DNA of 60,004 nucleotides, filler included, from Squatina squatina (GCA_031763465.1; 3 parts of 3 records of this genome joined end to end with filler, not necessarily neighbours in it), one strand, 5' to 3'. Counted from the whole stretch's first letter, positions 37,987 to 51,000 are shown. Notes: a model not told the origin generated them from the sequence alone. Made by a program: numbers and translations.

Positions 37987-39303
37987 GTGTGATATTGTTC
38001 TTATTCCCATCCTATGGCCGCTCTGAGTGAGGACACCAATGATTACCAAGTTAGGCGTAGTTTTGNNNNNNNNNNNNNNNNNNNNNNNNNNNNNNNNNNN
38101 NNNNNNNNNNNNNNNNNNNNNNNNNNNNNNNNNNNNNNNNNNNNNNNNNNNNNNNNNNNNNNNNNTGTGTCTGTCACCACCCATGCTCAGTCTGTTCTCA
38201 TACAGGCTCAGAATATGATGCAGCAGGAGGTTGCTAATGCCATGCGGGAAGTGGTCGCCGGCATCCGTGAAGATTCTTTCTGCTTTCCGGCAGTCTCAAC
38301 TGGATGCCATGCGAGCACTCACTGCTGCCATTTATTTACTTAGCAACTTCTCTGAAACTGCAATTGTGTTGGCTGACTCCTCCCCCAACCCCAATGGGTT
38401 TTTTTCAGTAAACAGGTAAAAAGAATGGTTCAATGTACAATTTGTAGACTGTTTGCTATGCCCGCTAACGCTTCATTTGATTTTCACATAGTTAGGCATA
38501 TATAAGTTGAAGTGAGAACTTCTGCATGGAATCACTTTGTGTTGGAGAAACTTTTCCTTCAATAAGCCTATAAGAGAAGCACAGATGATCATTATTGATT
38601 AAAGTGAATGTAAATGCAAGTGAGGTTACGTGCACTGATTCAAATTGATTGAACTATTTGAAGAAACACTGTGGAGAGCGCTTGCATATGTATTAGTCAG
38701 CGCTTCTATGTGCTGGGGAGTTTTTGAAATAGCAGAGCAGACAGGCTATTTATTCAGGGAACATTGATTTTCTGCACCCTTCTTCATTTCCTGAAGCCTG
38801 GGGTAAGCTTTTTCCATTCTTGACTTCTGCAATCCATAAGCTGAGGTAACTGTTTTACTAAAACAAAGCAGTTGAACACTGTCATCTTTACCTTTTAGTG
38901 GATATTTGGCTTTTTTAAAAATTAAACCTTATTTATACTTTATAGACAATATTATCATCTTTTATAGGCCAGCTTCTAGCCAAATAGCAATACATATATG
39001 TACCACATTTCTGCAAAATCTGTCAGAAAATTTAATATAATTTGTGGAAATTCTGCAGACAACATGCAGGGCACTTCTTTATCAGTAAGACTGTATAAGT
39101 ACTTTATTCAAATAAAGAAAAAGCACAAGGAGGTTATAATGTACCCTTTTGGATGTTTTCTTAAGCATCAAGANNNNNNNNNNNNNNNNNNNNNNNNNNN
39201 NNNNNNNNNNNNNNNNNNNNNNNNNNNNNNNNNNNNNNNNNNNNNNNNNNNNNNNNNNNNNNNNNNNNNNNNNCATTGGATCTGTCAAGAGGATTCTTGA
39301 CAG

Positions 39304-39362
39304 ATCGCAAATGCCGGTTATGCGGGCTTACAATGAACAGCCCCATAACCGGCTTTTGCGAT
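39304..39362. repeat. 24-bp-arm hairpin inside a DNA-element remnant
   Basis: ATCGCAAATGCCGGTTATGCGGGCT ... AGCCCCATAACCGGCTTTTGCGAT. Confidence 0.75.
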
Positions 39363-39891
39363 GTCTCCCCGGGTGTGTGTCAGCTGGCGATTAAGTAAAT
39401 TGCCATAGTCATATCTTTCTTTTCAAATCAAATGCTTTATGCTGAATAATCTCATTTCAACCACTGTGACCAAAAAAATTATTATTTTGAGTTCCTTTGC
39501 AATTCTGATGCTTCTGCCGCAGTTTTCGAAAAGCCCATCCCCACTTTATCTTTTGTGCAGAATCTCAGCTGCTTCAAGCATTGTTGAACAGATTTAATGT
39601 CATGAGCTTAATTTGCCAGAACAAAATTGTAATGCAGAAATGGCTGGGAGCATGGTGCAGTAGCACAATTCTCGGCATGGTGAGTTCAAAGATTCAATCA
39701 TGCCATTAGGGGAAACATGCTGTGCCGAAAGCACCCACTTCCCCAGAGGGAATAATTCCTGGGTGATGTCCACTCTAATTATCTCACTTCAGGTTACCCT
39801 GGAATGCTCCTGCATGATGTCTCGGTGCCTGGTACAGCATGGCAGAAGCTTAGAAACAGGTCACTTGCCTGATCTCTTGACCAGGACAGAG

Positions 39892-40062
39892 TGGGGGTAA
39901 TTTTAACTTTGAGCGATTATCGAATTAGCCGCTGTTGTACGTCACGGTGGATTTTCCTTTCTATTGAATTCAGTGGGAGGGAAAATGGGTCAGGGTGTAA
40001 ATTGGGTGGCCAGTGCACCATCACCCATTGTAAATCATCAGTGAAAGTTAAAATTACCCCCA
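39892..40062. mobile_element. complete ~170-bp MITE with perfect 19-bp terminal inverted repeats
   Basis: TGGGGGTAATTTTAACTTT (39892-39910) / AAAGTTAAAATTACCCCCA (40044-40062); internal palindrome around ATTGAATTCAGT. Confidence 0.85.
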
Positions 40063-42523
40063 GGGTGTGAGACAAGGAGACGTAAAGGAGAAAATAAATA
40101 AAAAAAGTAATGGTGGAAATGAAAAAAAATGTTCTTAATCACTACAAAGTACATTTTCTTCAATTCCATTTAACTTACAATGCAAAGCCATGCTCCACTG
40201 ACCTGCATGTTTGTATTAAAGCTATCCTTGCTGATTAATGAAAGCTCAAGCTCTTCCCTTTTCAGTCTCAGATCCCATTTGTACTATGGGCCCTNNNNNN
40301 NNNNNNNNNNNNNNNNNNNNNNNNNNNNNNNNNNNNNNNNNNNNNNNNNNNNNNNNNNNNNNNNNNNNNNNNNNNNNNNNNNNNNNNNNNNNNNAACTGC
40401 CTTCAATGCAATTATATCCTTCCTTACCTGTCTTGTTCACGCTGCAAGGACTTGCATGCTCTAGAGTTAAACGCTGTCATTTGCCCAGAACCTGACACCA
40501 GTAAGTGTCTAACGACATGTGATTTTGTACATATGCTGCTATTAGAGGTTCAATCCTTATTCTGGCCACCGATCTCTGTGTCATGAAACCATTGTGTAAG
40601 AGCAAGGTCTCTGAATTCCTGCTTNNNNNNNNNNTGACTATAGTTGGTGCATTTCCAAGTGTATCAAAATTGGCCTTCATCACATCTTAGACTACGGTTA
40701 TTAATACCCTTGGATCATCATTACAGAGATGCTCCAACTCTAGTCGTTGCCTGTGTGTCTAAAGTCACCCCTGCAGATGCCAATGATGCTCTGTACTTCT
40801 GAGTGACAGCTCTTGCTGCATTACATTGCCCATCAATGTAGTGGAATCCACAACTCTATCTAGATCAGCTTCCATCATCTTGTACAATGAAGTTGAACAC
40901 TTGATCACGTGTCCGTGCTTGTCAATGAAGATCTCTTGAAAATAAATCAGTTCAGAGAACTATTCAATGGGCACGTCCCTATCTGTGAGAGAGTTACCTC
41001 TAATATAATGAAAGGTGATGCTGTTAGATAGGAAGCTGTATTTGGCTGGTTTACAAATGCTATGATTGATAGCAAAGGAGGTGTGGGGAAGTGCAGAAAT
41101 ATTGTAGCATGCCCTGTTGGATCCCTGTTGCAGCTGTGTAGACACTGAGAAGTTAGCATAGCAGGGTGAGCAAAGCAACCAGAAAAATTACATTGGACAC
41201 TTCTGACTGATTGATACCCATGATTGCTCCAGCTAAGAACTGATGCATGTATGATGAGCCAAACAGCTGCCTCTTGTGCTATGGCTGTAGAATATAGTAT
41301 GGTACATTAATAATTTTTTGAATGGCAGGAAGCTGGGTAATGTGGAAGAGCTGAGCAATTTGGTGGTTCAAGTTCAAGTTGATACGGCTGTGATTTTATA
41401 GTTGTTTAAGAGGAATGAGACACTACATAGAAACAGACAGAGGGATTTAGAATGAGGGGGACAGAGAGCAGGAGAAACTTTAAGAGGGTTGTGAAGCTGC
41501 AGCGTACACTTCATTAGTGATTGATTGGAGCACAGACCATNNNNNNNNNNNNNNNNNNNNNNNNNNNNNNNNNNNNNNNNNNNNNNNNNNNNNNNNNNNN
41601 NNNNNNNNNNNNNNNNNNNNNNNNNNNNNNNNNNNNNNNNATATGAATCACTCTACCACTATATAGAATCTCTAAATGTGACATTATGATAAAGGGTGAA
41701 TTTAATAATTGGTTTTATGTGGGAACTTGCACTATGCAATGGCACTCACTTTGCATTACTGTTCAATGTCTCTCTTGAACAAATAATGAAAAATTGGGGA
41801 AATAGGCTACACTATGCCATTAAACTAGGAACCATCAATGTGATTGATTTAGACTATGTGAATCACATGGGCTTCATCGACCTTTCCACAGAAACAAAAC
41901 TCTAGTTATTCACAAAGTAGTTTTAAAGGGTTTGTGAAGAATGGGGTCTGAAGGATAAGATTCGCTGCTATGTATTAGACAGAGATCAGACTGCATCAAT
42001 CAATGGAATATCCATTAAAATACCAAAGCACTTGTATACTTGGTGAGAGTCTTTCCATCTGTCACTGTGGAGGTTAGCGGCAAACCTCAACTCAGCAGCA
42101 CTTGGTGATACTTTAACAAGATTTAAAAAAAAGAACTATCAAACAACCTTAAGATACATTTCTAGAATACTCTTATCTTCTCTATTGTTATCTATAGTTC
42201 AGAAGGATGGACCTAGAAATGCAAGGACAATCAGAAAAATTGCACACTTGAGTTCCCAAGTTGTTTACGGAGACTCAAGATTTTATGAGTGTTAGAAAAG
42301 CATAAAGGGCCTGAAATTTATCTGCATTGCGTCGGGGCAATAGTGGGGTGAGAGCCAGCATGTTTCGCGCNNNNNNNNNNNNNNNNNNNNNNNNNNNNNN
42401 NNNNNNNNNNNNNNNNNNNNNNNNNNNNNNNNNNNNNNNNNNNNNNNNNNNNNNNNNNNNNNNNNNNNNNGCTTCAGTAGGTAACCTTTATGGAATTCCT
42501 TTCAGTAATTTACCATACAACAA

Positions 42524-42550
42524 AGAGAGAGAGAGAGAAAGAGAGAGAGA
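42524..42550. repeat. (GA)n microsatellite
   Basis: gagagagagagagagaaagagagagaga. Confidence 0.9.
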
Positions 42551-45505
42551 AATTGCCCAATGTCTTCACATGGACTCAGATTCCCAATAATGTATCTACA
42601 ATGAATTATCAGTGTTAGTTACAAATACATGCACTTATTACACTATTTTTTCTCCTAGTTTTAGCAGACTGTGTCTAACATTGTTTTTAAGAAGAGATGT
42701 ACAACATTTATTATATTATGACTTGCCAAATAACATTAAATAAGGCTAACAAATTTTAAGTTCGCAGCTGTGACCTTGATTACCCCAGGGGATGGAACTT
42801 AATGAAAATCCTGAAACCATTATTTCTATATTTATTAAATATAAATTTCAAGAGACTCAAGAGTATAGGCAACTGCAGGGCTGAATAATCACTGAATTAA
42901 ATTAGTGCAAGTAATACATTTCAAAGCCTTTGCTACCTTATTCAGTGCAATATGGGTAAAATTTGTTGAATAAGCAAAAGGTTCCCGAAATGGCCCACTG
43001 GAAAATGTGTTTAAAAGGGTAGATGTTTTTGAGCTGTTTAGTTTATCGGTTTCTAAAATAGTTCTTCAGAGGCCCAACTGCATTAGCTTCTGTTATTACA
43101 CAGCACAGCTAAAAGCAACTAATACTCTTTATATATGATCACTTGCTGTTGCAGTACTCATTCAGCTATGTTTTTGATTTCAAAGACCATGTGTGGCTCC
43201 CCAGGCCCATTAACTACTGACAGGTCTCAAATGATTGAATGGTACATGGTTACTATCAAAGTCAGTACAATAATATAATCCAGCTGATGGGAGAATTACG
43301 TGTGGCAGACATGTGTTGAGACATGCCGTGAATACTGTAAAAATGTATTAGAGCTGCCTGTGAGGCTGAATGACAAAGTAATACATAGGATAGANNNNNN
43401 NNNNNNNNNNNNNNNNNNNNNNNNNNNNNNNNNNNNNNNNNNNNNNNNNNNNNNNNNNNNNNNNNNNNNNNNNNNNNNNNNNNNNNNNNNNNNNCAATCC
43501 AACTGAAAATGTGGGTGGCATAACATTAAAGTTTGCCGATAAAGGACATGAGCACATTGAATAATCAAGTGAAAAGCAAATCAAAAAATGGATAGGGACT
43601 AATCCCACAGCAACCAAGACTATAATATAGAATGCCTCCAAGGTTGTGTGTTTATTGGAAAATTGAAGACAAGGGACAAAGTATATATTTGCACAATCCA
43701 CTTGAGCAATTTGCCTCACTGTCCTACAAAAAATATATTTTACTCAGTGAAGCAAAGTTTAGCAGCACTGAATGGCTTTACAAATCTAAATTCAAATCTA
43801 GTTCCAGTCATGCTTTGCTCCACTGCTGATATAAAAATGGTAGTACACAGAGGAGAAATAGCCATATACTAGTATTAAAAGGGGACATTCCCTCATCAAA
43901 AACCTTTTATAGTAATTGGGATATAACTATTGTGTAAACATATGTGTAAATTTAAAAAGAGCACAGGAATAACAGGCAAGAATTATCTTTAAGGTGATGT
44001 GATGAGACTTGGGTTGTTACCTTACCAGAAAATCTTCTAAATTTAATNNNNNNNNNNNNNNNNNNNNNNNNNNNNNNNNNNNNNNNNNNNNNNNNNNNNN
44101 NNNNNNNNNNNNNNNNNNNNNNNNNNNNNNNNNNNNNNNNNNNNNNNTAGAACTTTTAAGTCAAAGAAAGCTGTGTATTTTGAAAACTGGAAAGCACCTT
44201 CAGCATTTAAAAGCCCTCATTTTCACCATGCTTGCAGTTTTTAGGTTTTGGCAGTGTTTCCAATTTTCTAGATAGATTTCTGCATAAATTTAGCCCAGAG
44301 TTTTTAAGACACACAGAGAGTTAGATGCAGCTTAATTTTACACATTTTTAAATGCAATGAGCAGGTGAACCGTCAACGTGCACAAATATTAAAAACAGCT
44401 CGGATCAAATTATCCTAATTATCTTTGAAATGGATTGTGCTTGTCAAATTTTGTTGTTAACGAGGCGCAAAAGCTAGATGAAGAAATTCTGTGCACTGAG
44501 TACTCGATCTAGCATTTATCTTCCTGCTTATTCTTTGCCAGGTTTGTTTCTCTGCTCTGGGGATAGGCTTAAAGTTCCAGCTATTATTTGCAGCTGTTTT
44601 GCTTTTGTCCATTGTTTTTGCTGACTATGCATATTCACTTTTGTAAAGTTATTTCAATATAAGGTGCTTTTGGACGTGTCATTTTATAAAACTGGTTAAA
44701 CATCTGTGTAATGTCATCATAATTATGGAGGTAATATATATCCACTGCAAGTGCACTAGGTGATATGCTTTCAAATCAAAGATATCCTACTAGTTACCCC
44801 AAGTTGAAGTTGTATTTCTGCCCAAGTAATGCAAAATGTGAACAAATTTGAAGAGGAAAGCCAAAGAATTAAATGAAATGTACTTGTGATTTAAGTATAT
44901 TGATTTGGAAGATTGAAACTGTTTCTGCCTTTGAAAAATACATCATTTTCTCAACTGTTTCTTTGTCATACGCTAAATCAGAAAACTGTGAAATTTCAAT
45001 CAAAAAATGGTTGTTTTTGAGAGAATTTTTTATTGAATGGAGATCAACTAGTAAAAGGTTTTATAATTCCTCTATCTGAATTGGGCTTAAAGAATAGCAC
45101 TGTTTCCTCACCGTGCACACAAAATCAGTGTCTCTGAATGCTAATTGATCCATCACTGAGGATCTACCAGCGAAATGAAAAGGGTAGTTTTAAAGGAATT
45201 GATCGCCACCATGTTGGTGTTTTTGCTTGTTGCGCAATTAATGTTTGCTTCAATATTCTGGGCTTATCAATCAAATTGCTTTCGGGGGTCAAGGTGAAAA
45301 AATGTCATAGCTTTCTCTTCTTGAAAATGTGACTTAATAATTGCTTACCTACCTCAGGAGTTTAAATAAGTCAGGAAGAATACATGATATTGTAAATTGT
45401 GCATAATCTGTTGGAAAGAATAGATTTGATGGGTGAATGCCTATTTCTTAGATGCTAGAATTTGAGTGTNNNNNNNNNNGTCCACGGTTTATTAGAAAGA
45501 AAATG

Positions 45506-46160
45506 TGGGGCAGCCAATTCGATTGCCCTGAGTTACTGGTGCTAAGGGACGAATTGGCAAGCACAAAGCTCAGGGACAGACAATTTGTCCCTTACTGGCC
45601 ACTGGAAATCATTGGTAAAACGGCATTCGACCCCAAACACAGTTTTTCAGCGGTGACTGCAGCGCTGGGCAATTGGTCGGGGCCCAGCGTGGCATACCAA
45701 ATGGCGCTGCCCATGCAGCTATTGGTGGTGTCCATGACATCATGCTGAAAATGGCCCGCCGCCCGACAATTCATAGAAGGTGATAGTTTTTAAAAAGTAG
45801 CGGTGACACTGCCAGGTTTTTTTCGTGGTGTCACCTGGTGGGGCAAAAAATTTTAATCAGGTAAGTGAGCGCAAAATGTTAATTTATTTAAATCCCCAAA
45901 TTTTTTTTACTAAATGGGGTTGTAGGGACTGTTAAAAAGTGCAAAAGTCTTTGACTTACATTCAATAGTTGCTTTGCATGGCCAGTTTTGATTTTTAAAA
46001 TTTGACTATGTGGCCATGGGTGGCATCACTAATGTTGCAGCGGGAACAAATGTGCAAGGATGGCATCCGTTAGGAGCAGAGAGTTCAAAGACCTGATCTT
46101 TGCACTCATCAATTCGTCCCTTAGCGCCAGAAACTCAGGGCAATCTAATTGGCCACCCCA
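45506..46160. mobile_element. complete ~650-bp non-autonomous DNA transposon with ~69-bp TIRs
   Basis: Left TGGGGCAGCCAATTCGATTGCCCTGAGTTACTGGTGCTAAGGGACGAATTG... matches the reverse complement of 46092-46160 at 58/69, with many mismatches being CpG decay. Confidence 0.9.
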
Positions 46161-46375
46161 GGTCTCGAAACTCTCCCTTTAAGGCCTGCAATTTGACACT
46201 TAGAAAAAAATTTTCTGACAGCTTTAAAAAACGTGCTAATTTCAGCGCTAAAGAGCACTTTTAATCATAGTTTATTTCAGCAGGCGAATTGTGGGACGGA
46301 TCTGAGGAGCTGCTATCAAGTGTCAGGCCACNNNNNNNNNNNNNNNNNNNNNNNNNNNNNNNNNNNNNNNNNNNN

Positions 46376-46387
46376 TTAATTAATTAA
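46376..46387. other. artificial scaffolding linker
   Basis: TTAATTAATTAA centred in a 100-nt N gap. Confidence 0.9.
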
Positions 46388-46431
46388 NNNNNNNNNNNNN
46401 NNNNNNNNNNNNNNNNNNNNNNNNNNNNNNN

Positions 46432-48064
46432 ACTGTGTCCCTGTGATACTCTGTTCCTGTGATACTCTGTCCCTGAGATCCTGTGTCCCTGTGATACTCT
46501 GTTCCTGTGATACTCTCTCCCTGAGATACTGTGTCCCTGAGATAATCTGTCCCTCTGATAATCTGTGCCTGAGATACACTGTCCCTGAGATACTGTGTCC
46601 CTGAGATAATCTCTCCATGACATACTCTGTGCCTGAGATACTGTGTCCCTGAGATACTCTTTCCCTGTGATACTCTGTCCCTGTTATACTCTGTCCATGA
46701 CATAATCTGCCCCTGAGATACTCTTTGACTGAGATAGTTTGACCCAGATATACTCTGTCACTCAGATAATGTGTCCCTGAGATACACTCTCCCTGTGATA
46801 CTCTGTGCCTGAGATACTCTGTCCCTGTGATACTCTCTCCCTGTGATGCTCTGTCCCTGTGATATTCTATCCCTCAGATACACTGTCCCTGATATATTCT
46901 ATCCCTGTGATACTCTGTCCCTGATATACTCTGTCCCTGCGATACTTTGTCCCTGTTATACTCTCTACCTGTGATGCTCTGTCCCTGAGATACTCTGTCC
47001 CTGAGATACACTGTCCCTGAGGTACTCTGTCCCTGAGATACTTTGTCCCTGTGATACTGTGTTGATGAGATATTCTGTCCCTGTGACAATCTGTCCCTAT
47101 GATACTGTATCCCAGTGATTGTGTCCCTGAAATAATCTGTCACTGTGCTCCTCTGTCCCTGAGATACTCTGTCCCTGCGATACTCTGTCCCTGTGATAAT
47201 CTGTCCCTGTGACAATCTGTCCCTATGATACTGTGTCCCAGTGATTGTGTCCCTGAGATAATCTGTTGCTGTGCTACTCTGTCCCTGAGATACACTGTCC
47301 CTGAGATACTCTGTCCCTGTGATGCTCTGTCCCTGTGATACTCTGTCACTGAGATAATCTGTCCCTATGATATCCTGTCCCTGTGATACTGTGTCCCTGA
47401 GATCCCTGTCCCTGAGATACTCTGTCCCTGTGATACTCTCATCCTGTGATGCTCTGTCCCTGTGATACTCTTTCCCTGTGCTACACTGTCCCTGAGATAG
47501 TCTGTCCCAATGATACTCTGTCCCTGTGATCCTCTGTCCCTGAGATAATCTGTCTGTGAGATAATCTGTCACTGTGATACACTCTTTCTGTGATAATGTG
47601 TCCCTTGATATTCTGTCCCTGAAATAATCTTTCTCTGTGATAATCTGTACCAGTGATACTCTGTCCCTGAGATGTTCTGTCCCTGTGATACTCTGTCCCT
47701 GAGATAATCTGTCTCTGTGATACTCTCACCCTGTGATTCTGTGTCCTTGAGATATTCTGTCCCTGAGATAATCTGTCTCTGTGATAATCTGTACCAATGA
47801 TACACTGTCGCCGTGTTACTCTGTCGCTGGGAAACTCTGTCCCTGAGATACTCTGTCTCTGAGATACTATGTCCCTGAGATACTCTGTCCCAAGGTAATA
47901 TGTCCCTGAGGGGCTTTGTCCCTGTGATACTGTGTCCCTGTGATACACTGTTCCTATGATACTCTGTCCCTGAGATTCTGTGTCCCTGTGATACTCTGTT
48001 CCTGCGATACTCTCTCCCTGAGATACTGTGTCCCTGAGATAATCTGTACCTCTGATAATCTGTG
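46432..48064. repeat. 16-bp tandem satellite, about 100 units, consensus CTGTCCCTG(A/T)GATA(C/A)T
   Basis: Direct reading, e.g. ctgtccctgagatact|ctgtccctgcgatact|ctgtccctgtgataat. Confidence 0.97.
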
Positions 48065-51000
48065 ATCTGTGCCAGAAGTGGCATTTTTGGAAAAGAGAAA
48101 CAATACAATATAGGATGTTCATTTTCTTCCTGTGATTTTTATCACTTAAAGATTTGACAGCTGTCTGTACTAAAGTAACTTTTGATCAGTTCATTGCTAT
48201 GTAGAAACTTTCAGCAAAAACTTAGCATACTAATTATGCCATCATACCAGTGATGGCACTAAGTGACTTCAATTCCATTCTTATCACAAGACTTGGAACT
48301 TGCAGTTGCTGACGTCAATCTGCAAGGAGTTGAAGCAGCACGTTGTGAATTTCTGACCTCCATAAATAAAACCTGACACTGTAGAAAAAGAAAACTTAAA
48401 AATAATAAATGGAACTTTTAAGGCAATTGCATCTTCCTGGTGTTCAAATAACATGTATAAACTGTTCAAGCTTCAACCTCATGTGTCTCATATGGCCTCT
48501 TTTTTTTCTTTCTGAAACTGATGTCTGCCTGTATGTCCCAGGACAGACTATAACATCTAGGGGTCTAATTATTTGTACCATATTCCTAACACACTCTCTA
48601 ACCTACACATTTTCCAGAGTGATTTATGTACTAAGATGCTGAACCTTTTGTACTGATCTGATACAACACTGTACATCGCCTGAATTATTTATTTTCTCAG
48701 TGCTTTGAAAGGGGAGGGAGTACATTATACTGAATTTTTCATAACGTTTTAAGCTATAGTTTGTGACCCTGATTTTTTGATTAGAAAGTCCTTTTTCATG
48801 CCTCATCCAGTCACAGATCTGAGATGACTGAGACAGGGCTGCTTGTAGGCACCATATGGTTGGTTAAATTTTATGTATATTTGCATTAGCAATCCATACA
48901 GAACGACGCTGCATTTCAATTCTTTTAATGCCATTCTTGTTTTTGACAACGGTCTATAAATCTCACAACCACTATTCTCTTTTAATGTAACACTAATGTA
49001 CCATGAGGGAATCTCCTGAACCCGCATTATCCTTTTAATGAATAAAACAGCAAATGCTGCAATCAGCAGGTCCATTGGCACCTGAACATAGAAAAGTTAA
49101 TGCTTCCGGGAGAAACCCTTCTTTAGAGCTATTTACAGTACTCCACTGTGCCTCTCGCTAACTGGCTGTTAGGCAATGCACGGGGCAAAAATGCAAATGA
49201 CTATCCCNNNNNNNNNNNNNNNNNNNNNNNNNNNNNNNNNNNNNNNNNNNNNNNNNNNNNNNNNNNNNNNNNNNNNNNNNNNNNNNNNNNNNNNNNNNNN
49301 NNNNNNNNCGTGCATCTTTTAACTCTACCTCGTGATTTGTTGGAGCTCCAATGCACAGTGCCACCATGTTGTCATATTGTGCACCTTCCTTAGTTAACTT
49401 TAGTCATGAACAGTGCACGTTACGTCGTAGAATGTTAAAAGAGGAATTGGTGCCTGTTTGAAACCCACCCAAATTTAGTTTAGAATCATAGAAATTTAGA
49501 AAGTCAGATCTTTGAAAAAAAAATCTGTATTCCACAGGATACATTTTAAGTGATTGTACTCTCATCTCAAGACTTAATCAAATTAGATTTTTTATATTAG
49601 CACTTGGCAGAAGTGTGATTGCATTATTGAATTGTCATTACTGGATTAGATGGCCAGTAGGGATTTCAAGAGGGGCTACTTGAGAAATTAAGATTTTTTT
49701 TACCAGCTTATTTTCTCCCCATAGAAATCTTTTTTTCCCTACTTGGAGATTATAGGCTCAAACAAAGCGCAGTCTTTTCTGGATATCTTGTTTTCCTCTC
49801 CTACTGCTCATTAACACTGAGGCCTGAAAAGGAATTATTATCCTTTGGCCAAAGTAATTGACCACTTCTTGTCAGCTAACGTGATCTACCATAGTATCTG
49901 GATTTAGCAGAACTGCAGATCTGTCAGGTCTCACATGAAGAAGGCAGCGTTGCTCATTAAGGATGTTCAAATGAGTATTTTGACCCCCTACCCCCAAAAA
50001 AACAAGGACCTAAACTTGCTGTCTCTGTATCTGTAAACTAACAAAGATGTTCTAACAATAAGGGCATTGATTTTACCAAGATGGGGTGGTGGGGAGAGAG
50101 AGGGCATGACGGGAAGCATGCAGGGGAGCCCGGTAGTGGGCGGCACATTTGGACAGGTCAAGGGTGTGAATCGTATCGGCAGGACCTCATTTAAATAAAG
50201 TTTCGCAGAGTCCTGCCCGACACCCAGCCAGATTCACAGTTAACTTCAGCTGGGGAATGTTGACAGTGAAACCTATCCATTTAATGTTATGGAATTAACC
50301 ACATTTAACTCTTGCGTAGGGAAGCACCCAACTGCCAGTATCTATGTCATATGGTTCCAGCAGGTCGTGTACCATCATTTCCACACAACATTTTATTATC
50401 TCTCTCTGTACTTGTCCCAAAAACATTAGTTTTATCTATAACCAGATATTTACAGAATTCTTCAAAGGTCTGTTAGCAGCCTATGGGACAGTAACCTTCC
50501 TGCTGTTTCTCACTTTCCTATCCCCTCAGCATTTAGTGCAGACATGTGCTTTTTCTCTAATTTCCATTGCTGGTTATGTTGAATGTGATGTACCACAGTA
50601 GGCTGCAGGATGAAAATCTAGAAATAGATCATTTTTGCAGGTCCCAGATGAACATAGCTAATTTGGTACCTGCCTATTGATCTTTTGCATATCATCATGC
50701 CCTTGAGCAGACAGGTTCGTTTTCAGATCAATGGGCCATTTCCTGAGAGAGGTGAGAGATAGGATTAGGTGATACCAGCCTATTATTTACAGTTAGACTG
50801 CCCCATCCTGAGGCGTGACAGGGCAGCAGGAACCATATCAGAAATCTATAATGAGACTGAAAGAGGAGCTAGATATTCCACAGGAATAGAAAACCTTTGA
50901 AGATTTTTTCTTGTGCTACACATACACACGCTGGCCAAGTTCTAAGAACTATGATTGCAGTTCAAGAATAACTATGGTAAATTGTTAACTCTGGTTAAAA

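Noticed and set aside
46432-48064. CRISPR-like array
   Set aside because: Head-to-tail tandem units with no unique spacers and no cas genes, in vertebrate DNA
46376-48122. Long minus-strand ORFs (up to 232 aa) rich in GTEY/RDR/SQGQ
   Set aside because: They are translations of the 16-bp satellite; the same motifs cycle through all three frames and there are no splice or start signals
48291-48376. Exon-like frame DLELAVADVNLQGVEAARCEFLTSINKT* after a possible acceptor, containing a TGACGTCA site
   Set aside because: Short, weak AAG acceptor and no recognisable homology
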